Shown here: positions 48,959-61,619 of the stretch, one piece after another
How positions within the stretch are numbered: the first letter of the stretch is position 1
Layout of the letters: each line of letters begins with the position of its first letter
Assembly (NCBI RefSeq): GCF_018350175.1
Contig: NC_058368.1
Span: 115,508,001-115,572,000, forward strand
DNA from: Felis catus
Taxonomy: Eukaryota
DNA: 64,000 bases
Reading direction: 5' to 3'
Translations under genes and position numbers: made by a program
Notes under the pieces: model-generated
Database searches by the model: none
Told to the model about the DNA's origin: nothing
The model's input: only the letters and a program-made list of their open reading frames with translations

Positions 48959-49170
48959 TGTCCTGCCATTTGAAATAGCACAGACATATACCAAGATAGG
49001 GGCACCTGGGTGGCTCATTCAGTTAAGTGTCCAACTTCAGCTCAGGTCATGAACTCATGGTTCATGAGTTCGAGCCCTGTGTCAGTCTCTGTGCTGACAG
49101 CTCAGAGCCTGGAGCCTGCTTCAGATTCTGTGTCTCCCTCTCTGTTCCTCCCCTGCTTGTACTTTGTGTG

Positions 49171-49227
<57 letters not shown>

Positions 49228-49972
49228 AAAATAAAGATTAAAAAAAATGGTTTTTGAAAAGAAATACACCAAGATAATTAATATTAATTAATTTCCCTGT
49301 TTTCTCTAGCTTGGGACTGTGGTACATGATTATTGTTATGGAAGAGTGTGGCAGTGACCTTTGACAAAATAAATTCTTTAGGTTTCTAGTTGGTATGTAG
49401 TTGTCAAATGAGGTGGAATCAGCTGGTGAAGCATACAAGATTCTGGTTACCTAATGCTAGGAAGGGGGCTTTTCCTGACATTTCAGGATTTTCTTTGGAG
49501 CTTAGTGAGTGGTGGAATATTTTGGCATACGTGCTTCAACTGTCTGTTAGCTCATAGACTGTTCTCATCTATCTGGCTATGGGCCACCCTCATTTTGGAC
49601 ATAGAGTATTGAAGAGCATTGACCACTGCTTCAGTAACTGAAAGGAGAGGGAATTTCAAACACTGATAGATTCCCTGTATAAAGTCTAGCCTGCCCTGAC
49701 AACCTTGCTACCACTGTTCGTCAGCTCCAGGAGTTGTTAGGAAATCATAGCTGTTTACTTCTTTTGCTTTTGATACCATGTGTACTTCCCTAATGTTTTG
49801 TCCCCCTGCTTACTACGTAAGTAGTCTTCTAGAAGAGTTGTGCTGTCCCTGTCCTAACTAACTCTGTCTTTTATTAAGTCATCTTCTACTTTGGCCCTGA
49901 TTGCCAAAATTCTAAACTTTGCTAGGTATAGGATCCGATGGCTACACTGTCAGAGGATATTACTGCCTTTCC

Positions 49973-50324
49973 AAGTACTTTGTTGAATCTAAGGTGTCAT
50001 CATTTGAAAGATGTATACCATTATTGTATGTACTAAGAAAGAAAACATACTACCAGTTAAGCTGACATGCCATTGATTGTAATGTGCAATTTGATTTCAG
50101 ATATATAATATAATATAATATAATATAATATAATATAAAATTAATATATATTATATGTTAATATAATATATATTAATATAATATATTAATATAATAGAAT
50201 TATAATATATAATATTATATATAATTATATTATATTATATTATATTATATTATATTATATTATATTATATTATATTATATTATATTATATATATTTAAAG
50301 TATCTTACAATCAAAGAAAGATGG
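49973..50324. mobile_element. MER104-like (TcMar-Tc2) element containing an expanded AT tract
   Basis: GAATCTAAGGTGTCATC...ACCATTATTGTATGTACTAAGAAAGAAAA...GCCATTGATTGTAA...GATTTCAG [AT tract] ATCTTACAATCAAAGAAAGATGG resembles the recalled MER104 consensus. Confidence 0.65.
50101..50299. repeat. AT-rich (TAATA)n...(TATTA)n tract
   Basis: About 200 nt with two G and no C. Confidence 0.95.
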
Positions 50325-51435
50325 TATTCTCTTTCTCCGGCTACTTAAAATTACTCTGTAATTGTAACTATTCTTCAACAGATACTTGGTGCTTCCCATG
50401 GACCAGGCATTGTGCAGAAAGGCTGGATGGAGGTCAGGTCCCTATCTTTCATTTAATGTTGAGAGACATTAAATAATCACAGAGATAAATATGACCTAGA
50501 CTGGGTTATTAAAGTAGCTTGTGCTTCTCTGTCGTAGTATTTAATAAGAAATTGAATGGAAATGGGGGGCTTCCTGGAATCACCTCTCCAAGGACAACAT
50601 TTAAGTGAAGCCTGAAGGTGCATGAGGCAGGTGTGTGCAGAGTATTCTGGCAGACTGTTCCTAGAATCTTGGACTGGTTGAAAAAAAATTTTTTTTTAAG
50701 TTTTGAAATGAGTAAATGGTAGTTCATATAGGAAAATAAAGTCTAGAAAAAGTTCTTGATCTTCAATATGAACAAAGAATGTTGTCTTTAATTATAATAG
50801 AACATTTCCATCTATGTGGTAGCTGCTGAAATACTTAAACTTCTTGTTTTTCTGTATCATTCAGACTGACTCCAAAATACCTGTTCCATTCAAATTCAGT
50901 AGTTCAGTATCTTTTGTGTATTACTGTGGACTGTTTCCTGACACTGTCAGTGACTAAGCCAAATGACTAGGCTTCTCTGGGAAGTTGATGTGCTTTTGTT
51001 TATCTTCACATTTGCAAGTGTTCAAGTACCAGTTCTCCGTGGTACTGTACTAGGCATTCATCCATTCATTCATGCATTTGAGTGCCTCTTACATTCCAGG
51101 CTCTGGGAAACAGTAAAGAATAGGATATATCTTGTCTTTCACTTAAGGAATTTGTAATTAAGTATTCAAGGGGTAGAGATGAAGGTATATGGAAGTTAAC
51201 TTTTGATAGTTACAGGGAAAAAAAATTGAACATAAAATATTACTATACAGTACTATATTTGATACTAGATTTATATAGTACATTTAATGAGTAATGTAGC
51301 AGCTTGGAGGAAAAAGGATGTCCCTGGGGAATAAAAAATATTTTTTCATTCTAAGGAACCAGTATGTGAACACTAATTTTTTTAAATTGGAAGTGTTTAG
51401 TGTTGATGTGGTTTTTTAAAAAATATTTTATTTCT

Positions 51436-52070
51436 GGGGCGCCTGGGTGGCTCAGTTGGTTGAGCGTCCGACTTCGGCCCAGGTCATGATCTCATGGTCT
51501 GTGGATTCGAGTCCCGCATCGGGCTCTGTGCTGACAGCTCAGAGCCCGGAGCCTGTTTCAGATTCTGTGTCTCCCTCTCTCTCTGACCCTCCCCTGTTCG
51601 TGCTCTGTCTCTCTCTGTCTCAAAAATAAACATTAAAGGGGCGCCTGGGTGGCGCAGTCGGTTAAGCATCCGACTTCAGCCAGGTCACGATCTCGCGGTC
51701 AGTGAGTTCGAGCCCCGCGTCAGGCTCTGGGCTGATGGCTCAGAGCCTGGAGCCTGTTTCCGATTCTGTGTCTCCCTCTCTCTCTGCCCCTCCCCCGTTC
51801 ATGCTCTGTCTCTCTCTGTCCCAAAAATAAATAAACGTTGAAAAAAAATAAAAATAAAAAAATAAACATTAAAAAAATTTTTTTTTTTTTTAATTTATTT
51901 CTGAGAGAGATAGAGTAGGCGAGGGGCAGAGAGAGAGGGAGACAGAGGATCTGAAGCCGACTTTGCACTGACAGCAGAGAGCGCAGTGTGGGACCTGAAC
52001 TCACAAGCTGTGAGATCATGACCTGGGCTGAAGTCAGACACTTAACTGACTGAGCCATCCAGGACCCCCT
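51436..52070. mobile_element. SINE trio: + SINE, young + SINE nested in its tail (51638-51858), and a tail-to-tail - SINE
   Basis: AAAAATAAACATTAAA is duplicated around the 51638 copy; a reverse-oriented copy follows immediately. Confidence 0.85.
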
Positions 52071-53240
52071 ATTGATGTATTTTAAAACCATAACTGTGCT
52101 TTTGTAAAGTTAGGTTAAAGTAAACTGAGGTCTAGCCTTTTAAAACTAATTTTTAAAAAATTCTTATTTTAAAGAGAGAGTGAGCGTGTACGAGTCAGGG
52201 TGAGGGGCAGAGGTAGAGAGAGTGAGAATCTTAAGCAGGTTCCATGCTCAGCAGGGAGCCCATTGTGGGGTTTGATCCCATGATCCTGGGATCACCACCT
52301 GATCCAAAATCAAGAGTCAGATGCTCCGTGGACTGAGCCACCCATTTGCCCCTATGCTGTGTAAATTTCTGTTATGGTTTAACTTCTTTGTTTTATAGTT
52401 GTAAAACTCTGGTCTGGAGAAGTTGAAACACTTGCTTAAACTTACCTAAGAACATAATAATGAAAAAACATCACAGGATGTTAAAACATAGGGAACCTGA
52501 GTGGCACCTAGGTGGCCTAGTTGGTTAAGCATCCGACTCTCGATTTCAGCTCAGGTCATGATCTCACAGTTCTTGAGTTCAAGCCCCGTGTCAGGCTCTG
52601 CACTGACAGTATGGAGCCTGCTTGGGATTCTCACTCTTTCTCTCAAAATAAATAAAGTTTTTAAAAATTAAAAAAACAAAAACAAAACACAAAACTTAGA
52701 AAACCTGAGGGGTGCCTGGGTGGCCGACCTGGATGGGCGTTAGGCTCTTGATTTTAGCCCAGGTCATGATCTTGTGGTTCATGGGCTCGAGCCCTGCATG
52801 ACTCTGCACTAGCAATGTGGAGCCTGCTTGGAATTCTTTCTGCCCCTCTCACTTCCCCACTCGTTCTCGCTCTCAAAATAAATAAATAAGCTTTAAAAAA
52901 GCCCCACAAACCTTAGAAAACCTGAATTCTGCATTTTGTCCCTACTCATATCAGCAAGAACATAAACAGGTTATGGAATAACTGTTAGGATTCTTATGGA
53001 AACTTATGTCATGCTTACACATGAGATGGTTAGTTTTCAACATACACAGCATAAAAATCTCTATCAGTTTTTTGGTAGACCTATTATTGAAGTGAGGGAC
53101 ATCTAGAATTCTTTACAAACTTAGAAAATAGCTATCCATGTAGACTGACATTTAGAAGATCCCACTTTAGTCATTGGGATATTTCAGCTTAATAAATACC
53201 AAGTAAGTTGTATGAAACATTAACTATAGAGTTGATAAGA

Positions 53241-53890
53241 CCCTCAAGCACTAGAACATTTTCTGGGGATATCCAAGAAACATACATCCCACATTTCTGT
53301 AGTAGAAGGTGATGATGAAAGTCTTTTTGCACTTGTAATGATTGTTGGCAAGAAATGTGCTGCTGATCTGGATCTCAAAAAGAGTTATCAAATGGTAGTG
53401 AATGAAAATTCAAATGAGGACGGTATTTGTCATGTTCATCTCCACGTTCTTAGAGGTCAGCAGGTAAATTGGTCTCCTAATTAAGCATGTTTTAGGGATA
53501 ATTTTCCTTTCTCTGGATATTGATGAAGTTTGTAAGTTCTCATGTGTTGAACATTACAGTATCCTTATTTTTACATGTGTGTATGGATTGAAGAAATAAT
53601 TTTAAAAACCCATACATTATGTGGGCACCTGGGTGTCTCAGTCAGTTAAGCATCTGACTTCGGCCCAGGTCATGATCATGATCTTAAGATTCGTGAGTTT
53701 GAGCCCCGCATCAGGTGACCTGCTTCAGGTGAGTCCCACTTCTCTTTGTCTCTCCCTCCCCTCCCCCTGTGGGGTTCCCTCTTTCCCCCTCTCCCTTCCT
53801 TCCTCCCTCTTTCTGCCCTTTGCTCACTTGTGCCCTCTCTCTCAAACAAATAAATAACTATACATTTTAAAAGGCCTTATCAAATGGTTA
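53241..53890 (+). pseudogene. HINT1: HINT1 processed retrocopy, 5'-truncated, sense in UBE2D2 intron 1; 3'UTR interrupted by a SINE
   Basis: 53242-53484 translates [80 protein letters not shown], matching the HINT1 C-terminal part ([45 protein letters not shown]...YHVHLHVLGGRQMHWPPG). A HINT1-like 3'UTR follows (GCATGTTTTAGGGATAATTTTC...AAGAAATAATTTTAAAAACCCATACAT). Confidence 0.93.
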
Positions 53891-53944
53891 AAAGTGAGGG
53901 GTGGTAATTTTTCTAGTTAAATTGAAGTGTTTAAAGATTTTTTT

Positions 53945-54385
53945 TTTAATGTTTATTTATTTATTTTTTTAATTTTTTTTTTCAACGTTTATTTATTTTT
54001 GGGACAGAGAGAGACAGAGCATGAACGGGGGAGGGGCAGAGAGAGAGGGAGACACAGAATCGGAAACAGGCTCCAGGCTCTGAGCCATCAGCCCAGAGCC
54101 TGACGCAGGGCTCGAACTCACAGACCGCAAGATCGTGACCTGGCTGAAGTCGGACGCTTAACTGACTGCGCCACCCAGGCGCCCCTAATGTTTATTTTTG
54201 AGAGAGAGAAACAGGGAGTGAGTGGTGGAGGGGCAGAGAGAGAGGGAGACACAGAATCCGACGCAAGCTCCAGGCTCTGAGCTGTCAGCACAGAGCCTAA
54301 TGTGGGGCTCAAACTCACTAACCATGAGATCATGACCTGAGCCAAAGTCTTAAACGCTTAACCCACTGAGGTACCCCTACACCCC
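53945..54385 (-). mobile_element. Young SINEC (~53962-54185) nested in the tail of an older SINEC
   Basis: TAATGTTTATTT on both sides of the young copy. Confidence 0.85.
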
Positions 54386-55414
54386 AGAAAAGTTTAGATA
54401 CTAGTAGGAAATGTATTTAAAAGTCCATAGAGAATTAAACCTTACTTAAATTAATTGGTATAAGGTTATGGGACTCTTTGAACTAAGAAGAGAAGTGCTT
54501 AGGAAACTTTCAGGATATCAAAATTGTTTATAACCTCTTATCTTTAAAAATACTAGTTTTGTTATATACCTATAAACAAGAGAAGCATATAGCATCAAAT
54601 AAACTTTTTAATTTGAGAACTGTTCAGTAAAATCCATAGTTGGCTCCCATAAGATCTTTATTTTAATGTTTTTTTAGATTTCAAGGAAAGTTAGAATATA
54701 AAATCTTTTTAGAAATTGAGTATTCTCAGGGTGCCTGGCTGGCTCATTTGGTGGAGTATGCAACGCTCAACCTCAGGGTCATGAATTCAAGCCCCATGTT
54801 GGTTATGGCGTCTACTTTAAAAGAAAAAGGAAAGAAATCTATCTTAACTGTAAAAGTTTCTTTTTTATTCTTTTTCCTAAATTTCTAAATAGATAGTTTA
54901 TTTCTCTATTGATCTTTCTACAGAGAAGAAGTTTGTCAGTAAATAGAAAGATTCCTTGATTTGGGGTTTTGTCCTAGCCCTATTTTCATTCCCAGTAACA
55001 TGTAATTTACTGTATGATATATAAGATGGATCTGAATACTGTTTCTTTTAAGATAAAAAGACAAAGAAATAACTGTATAGTTACAAAGCCAACTGTTAAA
55101 CAAAAAACAGCATGTTATATTGGGGTATTTTTTTCTGCCAAAGTAAGTTATCTGTCTAGATCGGTGCCTTTATTAAATTTTAAGATTCAATTTCAGTTTC
55201 ATCTTGATGTAGAGACATCAGATTGCATAGTTTCTGTGTTTATTCAGTCTAACTGGGTTTCCACTATTTCAGTTACCCTCTAGATGGTTACTTTTAGTAC
55301 CTGTTTTGATCCAGATTTACACTCAAGACTGATAATTTCTATTTCAAATAGGCAATAAATAGACTTGTTATACAATTTAAAAGTAAAGCAAGCTTTCCTT
55401 CCTGAAGGCAAGTA

Positions 55415-55509
55415 CTTAATTAAGTTTTGGGGGTATTCAAAATTTATATGCAAATTTTCAACTATGTAGGGGGTTGGTGCCCCTAACCCCCAAGTTCCAG
55501 GGTCAGCTG
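55415..55509. mobile_element. Tigger2-family terminal fragment
   Basis: GTTTTGGGGGTATTCAAAATTTATATGCAAATTTTCAACT...GGTGCCCCTAACCCCC...AGGGTCAGCTG followed by TA. Confidence 0.7.
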
Positions 55510-58249
55510 TACTGTTAACTAGTTTCTTATGTATTCGTTGGAGGCATTTTATGCATATAGAAAGGTGGATGGGGGTGATTGGTGGGCTCAGTAGGAAGAG
55601 CATGTGACTCTTGATCTCTGGGTTGTGAGTTCGAGCCTCATGTTGGGTGTAGAGATTACTTTAGAAAATAAAGTCTTTTTAAAAAAGTAAAGAGGGGCAC
55701 CTAGGCGGCTTGTTTGGGTGAGTGTCACATTCTTAATTTAGGCTCAGGTTCTTGATTTGATCTCGCGGTTCACGAGCTGAAGCCCCACATTGGGCTCCAA
55801 ACTGACAGCACAGAGCCTGCTTAGGATTCTCTCTTTGCTTCACTCTCTGCCCCTCACCTGCTCTTTAGAGCTCACTCGCTCGCTTGCTGTTTCTCTCTCT
55901 CTCTCAAAAATAAAAAAAGAAAAATGAATGGATGCATGGATATATGCTTCCTCAAAAAAAAACGTTGAAATATAACTTAGAGTAAAATTGAGCAGTTTTA
56001 AGCATACAGTATGAGTTTTGATAAATATATACACAGTTACGCGGTCTCTCCCAAGTTTATTATACAGAACATTTCCATCACCCCCCAAATTTTCTTCATG
56101 TTCTTTTGTAGTAAGTCCGCTCCACCTCCCTCCAGCCTCTGGGACTATTTATCTGCTTTCTGACACTATAAGTTTACCTTTTCTAGAACATTGTTCAATA
56201 GAATAATATAGAATGTGGTCTTTTTATATCTGACTTCTTTCACTTAGGAGTATATTTTTCAGGTTTATACATATCAGTACCTAAATGTCTTATTAGCTTA
56301 ACTTAGAGTGAGGTTTTTAAAAATAATTCTATCATACTGGCTCATGAAATGGACTGATGGATCTTATATTCAACTTAGGTAAATCTTAGCTCTTGATGTT
56401 AAACCTTGACCTCCTTCAGGATGGAAAAAGATGACAACTTGAAAGCAAAATATTAAGGATAAAGCACAAGTAAAATTCCATTTAATGAACATGGTAGGAG
56501 TTCAGAATAATTTGTTTGGTTCAAATTCTATTTTAATAGCAATTTATTGCTATTTAAGTAAAAAAAAAAAGATACCTTTTATGTTTTAAATTAAGCAAGT
56601 GTTCTTAGTTATACTAACCTGTATTAGAAACAACATTTGGCGTGGCACCTGGGTGGCTCAGTCGGTTGAGTGTCTGACTTCAGCTTAGGTCATGATCTCA
56701 CAGCTCGTGGGTTCGAGCCCCGCTTCGGGCTCTGTGTTGACAGCTCAGAGCCTGGAACCTACTTCTGATTCTGTGCCTCCCTCTCTCTCTGCCCCTAACC
56801 CACTCATTCTGTCTCTGTCTCTCTCAAAAATAAATAAACAGTTTTAAAAAAAAAATTTAAGAAACAACATTTGGGAATGGGAATTGTACCATAGATTTTT
56901 TTTGTTTGTTTATTTTTACCATTTAATTTAATTTAATTTTTAAATTTATATCCAAGTTAGCATATAGTGCAACAATGATTTCAGGAGTAGATTCCTTAGT
57001 GCCCCTTACCTTTTTAGCCCATCCCGCCCTCCCATAACCCCTCCAGCAACCCGCTATTTGTTCTCCATATTTAAGAGTCTCTTCTGTTTTGTCCCCCTCC
57101 CTGTTTTTATGTTATTTTTGCTTCCCTTCCATTATGTTCATCTCTTTTGTATTTTAAATTCCTCATATGAGTGAAGTCATATGATATTTGCCTTTTCTGA
57201 CTAATTTCGCTTAGTATAATACCCTCTAGTTCCATCCACATAGTAGATTTTTTTCTTTTTTTAAGTAATCTCTCCCCCCAGGTGGGGCTCGAACTCACAA
57301 CCTGGGGATCAAGAGTTGTGTAGTCAACTGACTGAGCCAGCCAGGTGCCCCAGGTAGTTATTTTTTTCCTTGAGATGGGCGGGGAATTTCTGTTGCAGAG
57401 AAATATAAAAGCCAAAAATTGAGATAGGTAAGAAAGTAAATAATGTTGGGGTACCTGGGTGACGCAGTTGGTTAAGCATCTAATTTTGGCTCGGGTCATG
57501 ATCTCCCGGTTCGTGGGTTCGAACCCCTTCGGATTCTGTGTCTCCTTCTCTCTGCCCCTTCCCTACGTGTACTCGGTCTCTCTCTCAAAAATAAAATCTT
57601 TCAAAAAAAAAAAAAAAGAAAGAAAGTAAATACTGTTAAATCTCTGTCTCAATCCCAGTGCTTTAAAAAAAATACAAGGGTGCAGGGGCACCTGGCTGGC
57701 TCAGTCAGTTAAGCATCTGACTTCAGCTCAGATCATGATCTCACGGTTCATGAGGTCCAGTCCTGCTTCAGGGGAGTTCGTGCCCTGCTTCTGGTAAGCA
57801 TGAGCCCCGCATCGGGTGAACATGAGCCCCTCTTCGGATGAGTTCTGCCTCTCTCTCTGTCCCTTGTGGGATTGTCTCTCTCTTTGCCCTTGCTCACTTA
57901 CGCTCTCTCTCTCAAAAAACAAAAAACCAGAAGACTACAAGGGGGGCCTGGCTGGCACAGTCAGAAGAGCATGCAACTCTTGATCTTGAAGTCTTGGGTT
58001 CAAGCCCCACGTTGGGTGTGGAGATTACCAAAAAAAATTTTTAAAATACAGAACTTTGTTTCTGTACTCTGTCCTCCAAGCTTCCAGGTAGTGTACTACA
58101 GAATAATTGTGCCAAAATGACTGGTTGAATAAGTTAACTCAGAGAAAGGGACTTACAGAAATAACTAAGTGCTGCAAATTAAAAACTATATAATATTTGG
58201 AATGTTAAATCGTATCTTCATAGAACTCATTAATAAGATTCTAAGTAGT

Positions 58250-59860
58250 TTTTTGTAATTTAAGTATAGTTGGTATGCAGTATTACGTTAGTTTCAGGGG
58301 TAGAACATAATGATTTGACATTTATATCCATAATGAAATGCTCACTACGATAAGAGTAGTTACCATTTGTCACCATACAAAGTTATTAAAGTATTATTGG
58401 CAATATTCCTTATTTTGTACTTCATATCCCAGTGACTTAATTTTTCTTTATAACTTAAAGTTTGTACCTTTTAATCCCCTTCACCTATTTCATCCATCTC
58501 CCCCACACCCCTTCTCTTGCAGTTACCAGTTTATTCTCTGTATTTATGAGTCTGCTTCTGTGTTGTTTTGTTTCTTCATCTGTTTTGTTTTTTAGATTCT
58601 ACATTTAAGTGAAATCGTTTACTATTTGTCTTTCTCTGTTTGATTTATTCCACTTAGCATAATACCCTCTAGGTCTATCCATGTTGTTGCAAACGACAAG
58701 ATGTCATTACTTTTTGTGGTTGAGTGATACTCCATTGTGTGTATGTACGTATGTGTATATATACACATACGTACATATATATGTATTTATGTGCCACATC
58801 AGTCTTTTACCCATTCATATGTTGATGGATACTTTGGTTGTTTCTGTATTTTGGCTGTTGTGAATAATGTTGCAGTAAACATTAGGGGAGCATGTATCAT
58901 TTCGAGTTAAGTGTTTTCATTTTCTTTGAGTAAATACCCAGAAATGAAATTGCTGAATTGTATGGTATTTCTATTTTTAATTTTTTGAGGAAGCTCCATA
59001 CTGTTTTTCTTGGTGGCTGCACCAGTTTACATTCATTCCCACCAGCAGTGCATCCTTTTCTCTGCATCCTCACTAGCACTTGTTATGCCTTATCTTTTTT
59101 TTTTAATTTTTTTTTTTTAATTTACATCCAAATTAGTTAGCATAAAGTGAAACAACTTGTTATGCCTTGTCTTTTCAATACCAGCCTTTCTGACAGGTGT
59201 GAGGTGATAGCTCATTGTGGTTTTGGTTTGCATTTCCCTGATGGTTAGTGATATTGAGCATCTTTTCATGTGTCTTTTGACCATTTGTATATCTTCTTTG
59301 GAAAAATGTCTATTCAGGTCCTCTGCCCATTTTTAAATCAGATTGGGGTTTTGGTGTTGAGTTGTAGGAGGTTATATATATAGAGAGAGATATATATTAT
59401 GTATATCTATATAGAGATATATATTATCTATATATCGATATGGATAATCCCTTATTAGATCAGTCATTTGCAAATCTTCTCATATTCAGTAGGTTGCCTT
59501 TTTTTTGTTGTTGATAGTTTCCTTTGCTGTATAAAAGCTTTTAGTTTGATATAGTTGCTTTTGTTGGTCTTGCCTGAAGATACAGGTCCAAAAAAATATT
59601 GCTAAGGCAGATATCTAGGAGTTTACTGCCTATGTTTTTTTCTGGAGTTTTGTGGTTTCAGGTCTTACATTTTTAAGTCTTTAATCCATTTTGAGTTTAT
59701 TTTTGTGTATGGTGTAAGAAAGTGGTCCAATTTCATTCTTTTGCACGTAGCTGCCAAGTTTTCCATTTATTGAAGAAACTGTCTTTTCCTCATTGTATAT
59801 TCTTGCCTCCTTTGTCGTAGATTAATTGACCACATAAACATGAGTTTAATTCTGGCTCTG
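58250..59860 (-). mobile_element. L1MA/carnivore L1 3' region with a nested 56-bp L1 stub
   Basis: Long collinear L1 antisense text (TTGCATTTCCCTGATGGTTAGTGATATTGAGCATCTTTTCATGTG...). Confidence 0.85.
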
Positions 59861-60978
59861 AATAGTTTTTATTGTGCTTTTTTTTTTAATGTTTATTTAT
59901 TTTTTGAGAGAGACCGCGCACGAACAAGCCGGGGAGGGGCAAAGAGAGAGGGAGAGAGAAATCCCAAGCAGGCTCTGTGCTATCAGCATAGAGCCCCAGG
60001 TGGGGCTCAAACTCACGAACTGTGAGATCATGACCTGAGCTGAAATCAAGAGTCAGACGCTTAATCAGCTGAGCCACCCAGGCACCCTTATTGTACTTTT
60101 AAAATACTAAATTTTACTATTTTTACTGTAGTTGTTTAAAAATATAATCAGGGGCGCCTGGCTGGCTCAGTTGGAGAAGCAACTTGCTATCGGGGTTCTA
60201 CGTTGAGTGTAGAGATAACTTTTAAAAAAATTTTTTTTAATTAAAAACATAATCTAAAACTATCCCTTGTTTTATATCTCAAATGCCAAGCCAAGAGGAA
60301 AAGGAATAGAGTATGATTTCCTGCCTTGTGGTTTTTTTAGGAATCCCCACCTAGTAACGAATCTTAAGTTGGTGGGTTCTTCATGGGAAAGTAGCTAAGC
60401 AGCTGGCATCTGGTTGTAGAGCATTACTATAGGTAGATCTGTCTCTGATTACAAAATTTTATGATGGACTTTCTTATTTTAGCCTTTTTAATATATCCAG
60501 CGTTTTCCTTATATCCCTTTTTAAGTTTTTTCAACTGCCTTTGGAACCCTGGTTGTCTATATCAGCTAAAAACCTATCAGTGTCTCGTCAGATGGTCCCA
60601 TGTCATTTGAAACATTTATGACTTCCAGAGCTTGTCCCAAGTGTAACCTAATAGTTTTGAGATACAAAAACTGGTATTGAAACTTCTTTTTTGAAAACTA
60701 ATAAATTACATTTTTACCTTAAAACAGTTTTTGTAGTTCTTTAGTATACAATACATATTTACTTTCCTTATATTTACTTACTGAACTGTGAACAAGGCAA
60801 AAATGATCCACTTTTTAAACATACATTTGTATTCAAGAATCCCAAATACTTTAACCTAAAGATTCACGGATCTATCCTTCTCTAACTTTGAAGGATTGTT
60901 CAAAGCTTCACTAGTGGGATAGAGAATATTGGTATGAGTGAAAATTTTATTAATTGGTAAAAGTTACGTATATATTGA

Positions 60979-61128
<150 letters not shown>

Positions 61129-61556
61129 TGAAACTCTTGATCTCAGGGTAGTGAGTTCCAGCTCTATGTTGAGTGTACAGTCTCAACTTAAAAATAAATA
61201 AAAATAAAGGGAATGATGAAATGCTACTACATAACCATCTGCCTGCCTCTAGGGACTGTGGGACTAATGAATAATATCTCTCTCAAGGTTATTTTGTATG
61301 AAGAGATAATTATGCTGTAGGGAAGAGGCAGTGTTTACACTTACTTGTCTGCAAAAGATGCAGTTCTATGTGTATCATCAATTTCTATAGTATTCATTTT
61401 GAAACTTTTGAACCTTTTCTGCCAGATATTGCCTGTATAGTTGTTCTGGCCCCTTTCTACCACTATCCTTCAACCCTTCTGGGTATTTTGCTGGGGTAAA
61501 ATATTTGAGGTTTTACTTATATCTAGCCTTTACTCTTTAAGATAATCCTAAGGATG

Positions 61557-61619
<63 letters not shown>

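Noticed and set aside
53300..53463. In-frame UBE2D2-HINT1 chimeric exon using the TAG/TAG/AAG acceptors at 53300-53308
   Set aside because: All three acceptors start at codon position 2 of the HINT1 frame while exon 1 ends in phase 0, and the pyrimidine tract is weak.
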